Assembly (NCBI GenBank): GCA_051294375.1
Contig: CM119267.1
Location: 4,847,292-4,911,291, forward strand
Reading direction: 5' to 3'
DNA length: 64,000 nucleotides
Source of the DNA: Paraspadella gotoi
Lineage: Eukaryota > Animalia > Chaetognatha
Of the stretch, positions 1 to 59,611 are shown piece by piece. Both the position numbers and the translations under genes were made by a program. A model generated the notes under the pieces. It saw only the letters and a list, made by a program, of their open reading frames with translations, had not been told where the DNA came from and did no database searches. How positions within the stretch are numbered: the stretch's first letter is position 1; each line of letters opens with the position of its first letter.

Positions 1-1000
1 GGTTACTGATTAAGGTTAGGGACTTAGTTTGTGGTTAGGGATTTGGGTTAGGGACTAGCGTTTAAGGATAGAGGTTAGGATTAAAAACTACAGATAAGGG
101 TCTTGGGTTACAGTTCGGTATTAGTTCAAGGTTAGGGATTGTTGTTTATAAGTTTAAAAACATATATTTAGATTAAATATGAAAATTACGATAAAATTCC
201 GGAAGAAAAATGGTGCGGAAGAGTGAGCCGTGCTTTATAAAGAATTAATTAGACTTGTGTTCCTCCCCTTAAGAGGACTTTTAAAAGTTGCGTTATTTAA
301 AGTTGCGTGTGGTTCGATAGCGTCCTCTATGATTCAATTGGTGCCACTTGTTGTTGACAACGGAAGCTCTTGTCATCTGGAACTTCACCGTCCTTTGTTC
401 TGAGTTGACGTTTTGTTTTTTTGTTTTTTTTTCAGTTTCTAGTTTGTTTTTTTTTTTCAAAAGTGAAGCGAATTTATGGTTTGAGTTTTTACGATCGTCT
501 CTGTTCACTTTCACTTTTGGGGTTTTAACTTTTATTTTTCTCTGTTTCTCTTTTTCATTTTTCATGTTAACGAAGCCAAAATATCTGTAGTTCAGGTCGA
601 GCTTGATGGGCACCATCCAACCAGCAGCCGGGTAGGAGCTTCGCGAAAGAGTTTTCGGCCGCTCGTTTCACGGCAGACAGTATTTTATTTCCGTTGCCTT
701 TCTCTCGATTCCAATCTATTTTTAACTCAATCGTTTCAAGATTAATATAATAATTTTTTTTTATTTATTAAAATCGCGATTAGATTTGATTTAATTTTTT
801 TTACCTCGGAAAGGAGGTTGTGGCGGTCGCCATTTTATTTTTCAACCAATCAGCGATCGACGAAAATTAAAAAAAAAAAAGGATAACAATCGAATTTTCT
901 TTTTTTCTAAGTCGAGGAAAATTGAGAAGCGACGAAAAAAAACCTTCTTAAACAATGTAATAGGTACAACCGATATGAATTTATCCATTCATTCAAAAAA

Positions 1001-1217
1001 TAAGCTATCTTGCTCCTGACTTTAGACAGGCTATGCTGGGCTAAGGCCACCATCCCTCTTACAAGATAATAATCAAGACTCTCCCGCAGCCAAGTTTATT
1101 CACTCTCAGAGTACCTGGCTTCTCTAATATCAATGACGTGGTATAATATTTAATTATGTCTTAATTGTATAAAAGCACCACTCCTTTAAGTGTTAGATCA
1201 AAATACAAGGAGCTGAC
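1001..1217 (-). mobile_element. Interspersed repeat, probable 3' fragment of a non-LTR retrotransposon
   Basis: Homologous to 42905-43180; a short third piece at 1340-1371 abuts (TAA)n. Confidence 0.55.
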
Positions 1218-1250
1218 AGTTACTGGTACGACCCAATATAAAAATTAACC

Positions 1251-1337
<87 letters not shown>
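1251..1337. repeat. (TAA)n microsatellite
   Basis: Perfect trinucleotide array. Confidence 0.98.
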
Positions 1338-1342
<5 letters not shown>

Positions 1343-1401
1343 GCTATCTTTCCCCTGACTTTAGACAGGCTTCATTTTTTTACGACCCCCCCTCCTCTCA
1401 G

Positions 1402-15710
<14,309 letters not shown>

Positions 15711-17838
15711 AAGAGAAACAAAACAAAAACAAAACAAAAACAAAAACTTGACCTCGAATCTCCGAAATTGACCATGACCTTAAATCGAATGAATGACCTT
15801 GACCTCGAATCGTAGAATAACTTGCGACTTTAAGATGACTTATTGAAAGCAACGAGAGCCAAAAACTCGACATTGCGAACGTCAATGGAATCTTCCAAAA
15901 AAAAAACGACGTCGCAGATGGCAAAAGTCCAAAACAATTGTGGCGAAGATTTCAACGAAATCCCATCAAATTCGGGAGAGCGGAAAGTTTTTCGTCGTTT
16001 CCCGCCGATAATCGACCATTCCATATTTCGTATCGCCACTGAGTCACTGACCATATTCCATTAGGAGTTGCTCATATTTGTCAATGTTGAATAAAAAGTA
16101 AAAAAGCCTGTTATCGTTCAAAACATTCCCCCCCCCAAAAAAAAACTGTTTTAAAATCTGGGACGCCCGTGTAGTGTGCTATCTTCTTTTTTATGTTTTT
16201 TTTATCAAATTATCTGAAAGTGTACAAAGATTCGATGACTACGAGAAGTAGTAAAAATTGTTATAAATAGATTAAATATTGTACAGAAAAAAAAGTGTTA
16301 TTCCAAAAAAAGTAGAACAAATTAAACATTCCTTCAAAGACTTATCTAGTAAAAGGTTCTGATAATTATAATACTTTTTAGAACAAGTTTGGGTAAAGAA
16401 AATTTTAAAAAAGCATCGCCATGTTCGTGTTTTGTAATACTTGAATATTATTGATTTTTTCTTATCGTTAGCGACACTGTATTCCTAATTTACTAAAACG
16501 ATGTAAATAAAGTTTTAAGAACGAGTAAACAGCGATTAAAATCATTGATTTTATATTTTTAAGTGCTCAGCAATGGTTGGATTTATACTTCTTTACCCGC
16601 TTTCGTTTGTCACCTCTCATTATTGAAACCTTTTTGAAATCGCTTGCAGTGGTTTGACCTCTTGTTGTTCTCGGTAGGCCAAAACTGTTACCATTTTTAA
16701 AAAAAAAAGTTCACAGGTGAAATTTATCAATTCGATCCAGCAACATTGCCTCTATGTTCATGAATTAACGTTAACTATCCAATAATTATTGAGATTTTCT
16801 TGATTTTTTTCTTTATTTTTCATCATTTGACTTCATTCCTAGTTGAAAAATTACCTTAAATTATATTTGTGTTAAATCATTGCCAAATGCTACCAACATT
16901 TGGTTCATTCGTCATTTTGTCTTGAGAAATTAAAATGATATGTCGGCATTTAATTTTAATTTTAAGAAGTGCTAAATGCAAAATGCTAAATTTTTATTTC
17001 TCGATAGAACACAGTACGAGGAATTACTAAAGTCAAGCTCCTTTGTGTTTTTTAATGACTCAGAAAACAAGAAGCACGCAATTACAGTGAGGTTATCATT
17101 TAAAAACCTTCGTACAGCTGCAATACCAAAATTTAAATCGGAAAACATTTTCAACATTTGGAAATATACGTTAAGGTTTTACAAACGAGTGTAAAGGACG
17201 AGAGATTAAACCAAAGAATCTTTCACCGGTTAAATTTACTAGAATAAGAAAAACAATTTCGAGCAAAAGAAAACTTTTTTCGAAAACTCTACTGAAAAAG
17301 AAACGTGTTAATGGAAAGAGAACGGAGTAGAGATTTTGTTTAAATTACAAGAAACTGAAAGTTAAAACTCGCCCCATTAAACTATGAGATGTTTACTAAT
17401 CGCTAAGTATTTTTGAAGTAAGAAACAATAGCTTAGAAATTATTGCTTAATAGTTCAAGTTATTTTTTATTTATATTTTTGGCGAGTAACTAACTAACTC
17501 GGGCGGTGGGGGAACCTTTTTGTTCACCAAATTTGAATTTTTAAAACAATATTTTCTCGAAAGACGGAAGGAGGGGGAGGAGAGACTTTGGGCGGCGTGA
17601 ATCTTTTTAAATTTTTTTTTTTAAGCGGCGTTCAAATAAATTCTCTCCTTTTCATCCAAACATTTCAACGCCCCCTTTCTTTTTAAACAAAAGAACACCT
17701 CGACGCCCCTTTTGTTTTGACTTGGCTAAGATTTGGCGGCAAAGAGGAGACGTTTTATTTGTCTCGTCTGGATCACGGGTGACTGAAGACTAATCAGACT
17801 AATCAGACTAATCAGCTGAGTAGATCAATGACCCAACT

Positions 17839-50425
<32,587 letters not shown>

Positions 50426-50661
50426 TTGGTCTTCGGAGGCCCACGTTCCGCGTCCGACGTTAAAAACCGTAGATTAAATACGCCTTTTTAAAAATTCGAA
50501 TCAACACGAAATGTTTTAAGTCATCATATTTGTCGCCAGGGAGTTCAGTAATAGGTACATATTTTTTCGGCAAAAGAATTTCATTGAAGAGCGAGAGAGT
50601 GTTCTCATTTTCACACAAGTCAACCAGCAACAGGCTGTAGGAGAAGAGGGGGGAAGGGAAT

Positions 50662-50707
<46 letters not shown>

Positions 50708-51182
50708 AAATGTTTTCCTGGTTAGAAAGACTCGTCTCTCTCTCCCTCTCTCAAAACTGGGGGCTGAGATCGGCCACCAGATTATCTCGTAAACTTTTTC
50801 GCCGATTCGCGTTTTGGGTGAAGGGGGGAAGTGAACAGAAGAACAGCTCCGTTCGGAGGCGACATCTGTGAGAGACGAGCGACGACGAAGATAAACAAAA
50901 CTGTGGCTGGAATAAATGAACAGGTTGATCTTCGGGCCTTTTCTTTTTCTCGCGTAATTTCTCAAAATTTCTCAAAATTTCTGGCAAATTTTGAAAGTTA
51001 AAGTATTTTTCCGATTTTTGAGGGAAAAATTATATATTTTTTTTTTCGATTTTCTTAGAAATTCCTCAATTAATCCTTCGATTCCTTTTGCTCAGATCAT
51101 AAATTGTGAACATTTTTGATGATTTTTTTTCTCGGAAACAATGTGACTCGTTTGAACTGTCAATACGTAGACAAACTTAATC
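50426..51182. promoter_or_regulatory. Probable bidirectional promoter region paxillin/EDC3
   Basis: Divergent start codons ~760 bp apart; transcription starts not determined. Confidence 0.5.
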
Positions 51183-54100
51183 ATGTCGTTCGTTGGCTGC
51201 GTCGTCTCTGTGGCTCTGAAGCCGCAGACGCCGACGAGCCTTTCCTTCGGCGGCGTCTATCTCCAAGGCGTCGTGGGCCTTGTCGACCCCGCAAATCAGA
51301 CCATCACGCTTTCCCAAGCCTTCATCGACGGGATTCCCAGCAATGTGAGTCTCCGATATTTGATGAGGAGCCTTTCAACGCAGTCACTGATTCCAACTTT
51401 TCCTCATGTCAGGAGCACACCATCACGCTTAACGCCGGGGATATCGGAGACCTGCAGATCCTGAAGACGGCGATGGAGACGCGGAGCTACGCGCCACTGG
51501 CGCCGTCCGCCCTAGAGAACGACGCCGACAACGACGCCGGGACCAAAGACGACTCGGCTCCACGGGCTCGGCGCGAAAGCGTCAGTAACAAGCAGGTATA
51601 AAGGTGGGCCAGGACTGTCAAGTTTAAAAATATGTAAAAAAATGTTTTTTCAATTAGTGTTTAAATATAGTACAAATTTAGCGGACTATTAAATTTATGT
51701 TAATACTGTAATAATTTATATTAATACTGTGTACAATAGTGTTTACCCGATCATCCATCCAATTTAGGTTATCCTACTATTTATTTTTATATATACTTTT
51801 ATTTCGTTTTGATATCCTCAGGTTCAAATTATCCGCAAAGAGTCTCAATCTCACGACGCCGTCGAGTTGAAGCGACTTCAGTCGGGGCTGGAGTCCCTCG
51901 GCTACCAGAAGGCCCCCATCAACGAGGGGTCGTCGGCTTCGCCCGCCGCCAATCGACACAAGTCGCCCGACGAACCCTTCGACTCTGGCTACAAGCACCA
52001 CCGGACTAGAGGCATTACTGGAAATGCTGTTTGAAGTCGAACTTGTAGTCCTGACATAAATAATTAACTATGTTACGCTTATTGTCAACGCAGGTAACGG
52101 TCGCGTGACGCATTCCTACAGCGCGGGCAGCATCAGCGATTCCGAGCTGCCGCAAAACACGAGCCGCCCAACGAGGAACGGTAGGAGGATGTACACTCCC
52201 AAAAAGATCGACTATTATCAAGGTCGGGTTTTGAAATATATATCATGAATGCCATTTGTACGACTTTCTGGACATAAAACTGGGTGGGTTAAAACTCGCG
52301 GATAATAACTACAATTGTTCCTCAGGCGCCCGACGCCGCGACGACGAGAGCTGCTTCAGCTGCGACGTTGGCGCCATCATCGGCGAAGAGTTCGACTTCG
52401 AGCGGAGCAACCAGATGTTCGACAAGGAGGCCGTCATGGAGGAGATCACCGCCGAACAGCGGGGATACGGACAGAGGGGAGGAAATGGTGGTAAGCGGGG
52501 GAGGGGGGAGGCGTTGCGGTGGACTAGGTCAGCGGATTTTTAATTTAGCATAATTCCAAACTATTTTGCCATACCGTCCCCTTGTAGATATGAATTATGT
52601 AATGTATTGTCAAATATTATTTAAGGCGGAGAGACGTCTCGTTCGTTCCACCACAACTCCTCTCAACCGTCTCATACATTGCGACACGAGACAGCCGAAG
52701 CCAAGTATCGTCACGACGAAAACATTTTGGGAACGCCCTCCCCCGCCATCTATCGACAGATAAAAGTGAGGATAAAATGGACTCAGTGGACGATTTAAAC
52801 AATATTATACTTAATTTAAAAAGTAAACAAAAAAAAATCTTCGTTACCATATTTTAATCCTGGTACTTCTCAGCTCCGCGTGGACGCTCAAGAAGAGTGT
52901 CGAACGGACTCTGGTCTCGTCGTTCCCTGTATCTCATCCAAACTACAGACGAAGATCTTGACGGCCGCTTCCAAGCACGGCTTCGGCGAGGAGCGGCAGA
53001 TGGAGGCCGCCGGCCGTTCCGCCTGCGAGGTGTGTTCCGCAAGCACCCCATTGGCCGCCGAAATTTCCCATTGGCCTTTTAACTTCTTGCGTCTTTTTCC
53101 AGATGCTCCTCCAACTTCTCGGGGGCTCCCAACGCTTGGCGCCGCAAAACTCTCACCAGACGCCTTCCGTCGTCGTCCTCTGCGGAGGCGATGTCCGCGT
53201 CGACGCCGCTTCGCAGACGCCGATCCTCTTTTCGCCACCGGCCATAGGACTCGCCATTGCCAGGTCTTCATAATGGGCTTGTTTTTTTGTCGATAAAGAA
53301 ATTTGGCTTCTTGGTGATTTTAGGCTAAAACTTAGCTAAAGCTCAAGAGAATTTGATCAAGAAGTTCAGTATTACTTTGCAGAGGAGGATTTAGCCTACC
53401 GTCCAATTCTCCTCTTCCTCTTCTTCTTCTTTCCTCCTCCTCCTGCCCCTCAGTATATTTTGTCTAGGCTCTAGTGATACATTCTCTCGTTTCTACTCTT
53501 CGCGAATATATACCATTATTTTCCCTCTATTTCTTCACGCCTTCAATACCCCTCAAGCTTTGTACTACTTTATGGCCCCCTGACAATTTTCATTCTCCTC
53601 CTCCAGACAATTGTCGAATCACCGCGTGAAGGTGACCGTCTGCATCCCACAGAAGCTCGTCGATCTCTTTCTCAAGCACAATCTCCTCGGAACTGAACTT
53701 AAGCTGCTCAAACTCACCGATGCCAAACTCGTGCACTCAGTTAATGGTGAGGCTCTTGCAAAAAGCTATTTTAAATTTTACATATCTTAAATATGAAAAA
53801 AAATAAACCTGGGACAAAATACGATCATTATTTGTACACGTCGACATCCCCATTTTCTTACAGATCTCCCTTCGACGCCAACTGACGTAATTCTCTCCGC
53901 GTTGGACGCCTTCGCCGCCACCGACGCCGAATCCGCCGCTCCTGCCGCCTCCGCCGCTACCAACGCCTCCGCCGAGAAGTGGTACAAAGGCGTTGTCCAG
54001 TGGGCCAATCAGAACAAGGCGCCGATCCTCGCCGTCGATCCTTCGGGTAAATAGGGGACGAGGGTCTGGGTGAGACACTTCATAACGCGCGCTTTTTTTG

Positions 54101-54432
54101 CTCTCAGGGGTGGCGTCCACCTACCCGCCTTGCGATCCTCTACAAGCCAAGTGGACCCTCCAGTTTATCCTTCCGACGACCAAGTCTAACAAAGACGCGG
54201 CCGTTCCTTTTTCCGCCACGCCGACCTCGAACCCTCAGCTTTATCTCTGTGATCTCGGGATCCCTAGAAAGGTTTTCACTTGATAGATCGCATGATTAAG
54301 TTTAATTTTGAAATTGATCATTGTACTTATAAACTGTTTTCTCTCTTATCTTGTCAGGTTTTCAGGGAAGGCGGCATCCAGTATCAATCTCCGTTTGGTG
54401 CCAAATCCTTCATCGCATTGCATAGAGATTGA
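51183..54432 (+). CDS. EDC3: Enhancer of mRNA decapping 3 (LSm-FDF-YjeF_N), 12 exons, 615 aa
   Basis: Exons 51183-51344, 51413-51595, 51822-52011, 52094-52222, 52326-52490, 52626-52765, 52874-53029, 53103-53263, 53607-53746, 53864-54046, 54108-54271, 54358-54432 (1848 nt, open). LSm (LQGVVGLVDPANQTITL), EFDFERSNQMFDK, YRHDENIL, TDSGLVVP, WANQNKAPILAVDP, LYLCDLGIP...SPFG. Confidence 0.95.
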
Positions 54433-55861
54433 TTGATCGATTTATATCAATCGACGCGAGATTTTTCAAGCTCCTTTTTTTTTCTTATTCGTGCTAACAT
54501 TCTAAAATTGACTCTAGTTTGTACGCGCGTGCAACATTTTTCAGAATATTAAACATTGTATAAAATTGTCCTGTTTGAACCGTCGTTAAAATCTTGTTAA
54601 TGATAGTCGTTTAACTATGACGTTTTTCAGGCTGAACTTGCTTTTTTTAAAAAATATATCAGATTAAGTTTTATGCTTTTTATTTTTTTTTCAGTAGTAT
54701 TTGAAATGTTCTTTTTTAACCCACGAAAGCTGAATTTAATGAGTTAGAAAGCATTTCAAACCTTTCGTGTTCACTTGTCGTGACAGTTATCCTAAATAAA
54801 TCCAGAAAATCGGGCCAACTTTGATTGAATTAGAGAAAATTTTAGAAATATGAAGTCAAGGTTTCGCTCTTATGTTGGAATTTTCTGAACTGGTACGATT
54901 CGCCCTCTGTCGCCCGTTTAGTTAATTACAAAAGTAGTATACACTGTTCGGATACAAAACTTATCAAAATCGTACCGTCTTCACAAACGCGGGAATCGAC
55001 AAAATGTAATTGCGAAAATATGTTAAAATTAAAGATATAAATGTATCTACTCATTACTTGCCTCTAATATCTGTTTGTCTGACAAATAAGTTTTTTTTTT
55101 CTAATTTGAATAAAATAAGACCGACTAATCTCTCGCGCCCGAGAGACGTTTTTCCTTCTAATCACCCGGAACGTTGAGCGGCTTAATCACCTAAAATCTC
55201 AGCCCAATCTTTTTTTTTTTCGAAGGAGAGGAGGGCGGGTCGGAGTTATTTCTTTCTCTAAAATCGGAGGTCGAGGCGTGGGAAATAAACGCATAGGGTC
55301 CCTTCCCTTTTTGAGAAAAAACCTCATCACTAGTATAGGTGACGAAAGAAATAGGTTTCATTAGTAAACAATCGTGCTACCAAAAATCGAGGAACTTTCA
55401 CAGCACCTTCACCCATTCTTCGCCAATCTCTTTTAATCGCACCTCTTAATCGCTCGCTCAATCAAACTCCCTCACGCCCCCCCCCCACTCAGCGATTTCT
55501 CATTTTTCCCCCCGAGATCGGGTTACACACCGTCGAATCCCAAAGTCAACGATTAGAAAAGAGAATCTTCGTCTCTTGTCGGATCGAGTTTCAAATTGAG
55601 TTCGGGATTTTTTGGATGGAGTCGCGCGAGCGGATTCTTTTTTGAATTAGTCGGATTGGGTTGGATCTCGAAGTGGATGGATTTGGGTAGGAATGAGTTT
55701 GATCGGATTCGTTGGAGAATGAGGTTTTGTTTGCAGCAGGTACTTTGACGATTAACCTTCGAAGGAAAGAGGAAGTTTAAACGTTCGTGATTATTTGAAA
55801 AGGAGGGAAAACCGCGAGGCGATCACGCGTTGACATGACTATTCAAACATCGTGGTTTATT

Positions 55862-55915
<54 letters not shown>

Positions 55916-56926
55916 GCGAACGGCGAGAGAACAAAAGCATTTAGTGATTTTCGATCCCCAACGAAAAAGAAAGAAAGAAAGAAAAAAGTAATCACGACGT
56001 CCTTTTTTTTTTCCTTTTTGCCCAAAAGCATCTCGAGACTTTTGCCCCAGAAAAAAAGGAACCCACGGTTTCCGAGAAAGAACCCCAAAAAAAAAGAAGA
56101 AAAAAGAAAAAGATAAAAATTAAAAGATAAAAAAAAAAATCTCAAAACAAATTCCCAAAAATCTAATTCTAGGTTTGATTAAGATTCCCTCCCGACGGAA
56201 ATGTTTTTATTTCAATCTCCAAACAAAAAAAAATAATGTTGAAAATTATTTTCTGAGAATGAAACAAAAAAAAATGTTTTCTTCTTCTCTTGTTATTGAC
56301 GGAATTTGATTTTTCTTCCCGATAGTTATTCGTGCGTGCTTCCCTTCACTGCTTGTTTCATGTTTCCTTCACTGCTTGTTTCATGTTTCTTCGAGAGATT
56401 TTTCTTTCTTTTTTTAATATATTTTTTTTTCGCTTTTTAATTCAATTCATTCCCCTCTGAAAATCTCGCCTCTCTTATATTTGTTCGAATGCACCAATTT
56501 GACAAAAATTGAAGTTAGAGACTTGGTTCATAATTTAAAATCTCAATGGCGTCGAACGATAAACGTTGATTCAGAATTCTTTTAAGGAGACCACGTATAA
56601 TCTAAAAATAAAGAGAGAGAGAGTTGTCTCGCTCACGCGGTTCCCTAAAAACAGTTTCTCTTTTTAAACTTTTTCTACGACGGGCCTGGCCCTAAACTCA
56701 CGTTCCTCAATTCCTCTACGTAGTTAACGATAAACAAAAAAAGTATGCATAGTACATACGTAATTAGTTGTTGTTTTTTTCTGCAGGTCAAAACGGCTAT
56801 CCAAGAAAGCATTAACAATAACAACAACATCACCAACGATAACAATAACAACAACATCACCAAAATTAGAACCTGAGATCAATGTACATAAATAGTTGCA
56901 CATGTGGGTAGAATCTCTCTCTCTCT

Positions 56927-56936
56927 NNNNNNNNNN
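56927..56936. other. Assembly gap (10 N) within a (CT)n run
   Basis: Run of n characters. Confidence 1.
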
Positions 56937-57201
56937 CTCTCTCTCTCTCTCACTCAGGATATTTATGAGCCTTCCATTGTAGCTTACAGCTTTACCTGTA
57001 GATTAAATCTTTTAATGTTTATAAAACTAACATTATTACATTTTTTTCTCTACTTTATTTTAACATCCTTAATTTAAGATAGACTATCCGACCAAGAAGT
57101 ATCGTCATTGAGTCTGGGCAGTGGCCGAGACGAAAAAAAAAATCCCACCGGGGACTTCAGATACCGTTTCGGCATAGCTGAGAGATTCTCCCTCAAGGCG
57201 G

Positions 57202-57633
57202 CCAATTAGTGAAAACCTTTTCCGGTGAAACAGCCAATCAGAATCCGCCTCCGGTCCTCGCCTACCTTTCGAACCAATGGCCGTCCTCGCTTTCTATCCG
57301 TCCATCTCGCTCCTAGTTCGAGCTCTATCTTGGAAATAAAAAAAAAGGAAAATATTGATAAGAAAAAAAAAATTAAAAAAAGGAGAAAATTAGTAAGGAA
57401 CTCACGACGTCTTACTCTTCTTCTTAACACCTTGCGCGCGCCGATCTAAGCCAATCGGGACTCGTGGATTGAGGGACACAACCTCTCGCGTCAACGAAAA
57501 ATATTCGACCAATCGAAAGCGAAAGTTTCAGAATATTCGGCCAATCGGAGTCTCTCATCCAGACGGAATCGTCGGAGACTAGCCAATGGCGGGCAACGGC
57601 ATCGGAGGTGGAGGAAAGTGAAAACAGACCAAT
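57202..57633 (+). promoter_or_regulatory. Cluster of 8 co-oriented CCAAT boxes (NF-Y-type promoter)
   Basis: CCAAT at 57202, 57234, 57274, 57451, 57509, 57541, 57583, 57629, mostly with RRCCAATSR-like flanks. Confidence 0.7.
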
Positions 57634-57817
57634 GGTGAGGAAGAAACTCGACGATGGAAATAAGATTCGTTTCTTCTCTCCATCTCTCGATTCCTCTCTT
57701 TTTTTTTATCCTTCGTCTTCAACGCCGGATGGAAAACGAGAGAGAGAGACCGAAAAGAGTTGGCGTTGCCTGCCTTTCGAGTCGACTCTATTTTGCAAAA
57801 AAAAACTCTCTCTCTCT

Positions 57818-57867
<50 letters not shown>

Positions 57868-57884
57868 CTCTCTCTCTCTCTCTC

Positions 57885-57918
<34 letters not shown>

Positions 57919-58647
57919 GACCGAGTTTTTTTTTCCTATCCTCCCTTTGGAGGTTCGATTTTTCCCATCCAGAGCCGAAGTTTTCTTTCTCTCCCTTCAC
58001 AAAAGTCAAGTCTTGCCTAGAATCTCTCGGCAGCTAAAATCTTTGGACGCCCAAATAAGCGATAAAAAAAAATATTCCATCCTGATGTATCTACGCCGAG
58101 ACGAAATCGCTTTAGGATTTACGAATCGCTCTTCATAACATCGCTCTTGGCCGCCGTTGAAAAAAAAAAAACCTATCGCTCTTGGCATTGCCATGTGACA
58201 TACGTAAAAAATACCTTTCGGAAATCGCGTTAAAAAAAAAAGGAAAAAAATATAATCGGTTGAAAAATATCAAAAAAAAATTGGTCTAATTCCCTTCCTT
58301 GGACAAACAGCGATTTTCTTTGCAGACTGATGCCGACTTCCTTGGAAGAAATTCCCTTTTTTTTTGTTTGCATTTTCGGAAGATCACAAGACGGATTCAA
58401 ATTTAGCACGGGATTTAATTCGAAAGAAAATTCTACAATTATACCTACAATTTTAGGACATGCTTTACGAAATTTAAAAAATTGGATTCTCACAAAAAAA
58501 ATTTTTTCGAGAACCCATTCTGTTTTTCGCGCCATCGACCATCAGCGGATCGGGGAGACTTAATGTAATTCGCCCAAGGCGAAAAGGGATCTACAATTTT
58601 ACAATACCCCCCCAGATCTTTCAGAGTTTAACACCCTTCCGTTTCTT

Positions 58648-58683
<36 letters not shown>

Positions 58684-59314
58684 CTCTCTCTCTCTCTCTC
58701 TCTCTCGTCTCTCTCTCTCTCTCTCTCCTCTCTCTGTCTCTCTCTCTCTCTCTCTCCATCTCAGAGAGGGAAACGGGGGTTTCCTCTTTTGCGTTTGAGC
58801 TTTACAACTTTTCGCTTCTTCTTTTTCTAATCAAATCGCGAAAGAAGTGCTTTCCAGCGAAAGCGATTTTTATCGCCTCTCTCTCCTTCTCTCTCTTCTC
58901 TCTCTCTCTCTCGTCCCGTCCTCCTCTTCTTCTTTCTCTCTCTTTCTTCTCTCTCTCTCTCTCTCTCTCTCATTCGCTCCGCTTCTTAGGCTCAGAGTCA
59001 AGTTTATAACCATTTCTTTCACAAAATAAAAAGAAAAAAAAACCAAACAAAAATAAAAAAAAAACAAAAAAAAAAAAAACAAGGCGAAACACAATTTTCT
59101 TTTTTATGAAAGTTGTGCGTCGTCGTTGGTTGTTGTTGTCATTTTCTCACAGGAATTTTTTTTTTCGCTCTTTCCTGTTTGGCCTTCTTTAACTTCTCCT
59201 CCATCTGCCCAAATTTCGTTTCTCTCTCTCTTACGGTTTCTTTTAATCCAAATCGATTTGTGCTGACACTCCATCAAAATATAATCTGCTCGTCTCTCTC
59301 TCTCTCTACTCTCT

Positions 59315-59371
<57 letters not shown>

Positions 59372-59525
59372 CGTCTCACGTCTCACGTTCTACTCTCGTC
59401 TACATGATTCACGTCATTCACTCTTTTTTTACTCCTGGGCCCAAATTCAATCTCGGTTCATTCATTCCGCTTCATCCCTCCTTTTCAACTCTTTTCATAA
59501 TTCTCCACCCTTTTTCATTCGGAAC

Positions 59526-59567
<42 letters not shown>

Positions 59568-59571
59568 GTTA

Positions 59572-59611
<40 letters not shown>

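Noticed and set aside
1-140. Telomere or interstitial telomeric array
   Set aside because: Highly degenerate and resembles the interior of the dispersed MITE-like family
606-631. ATG GGC ACC...GG|gtagga as GPCR first exon
   Set aside because: Ends in phase 2, while the 1402 exon needs phase 1; joining gives an early stop
57202-57633. ER-stress elements (CCAAT-N9-CCACG)
   Set aside because: No CCACG at the required spacing after the boxes
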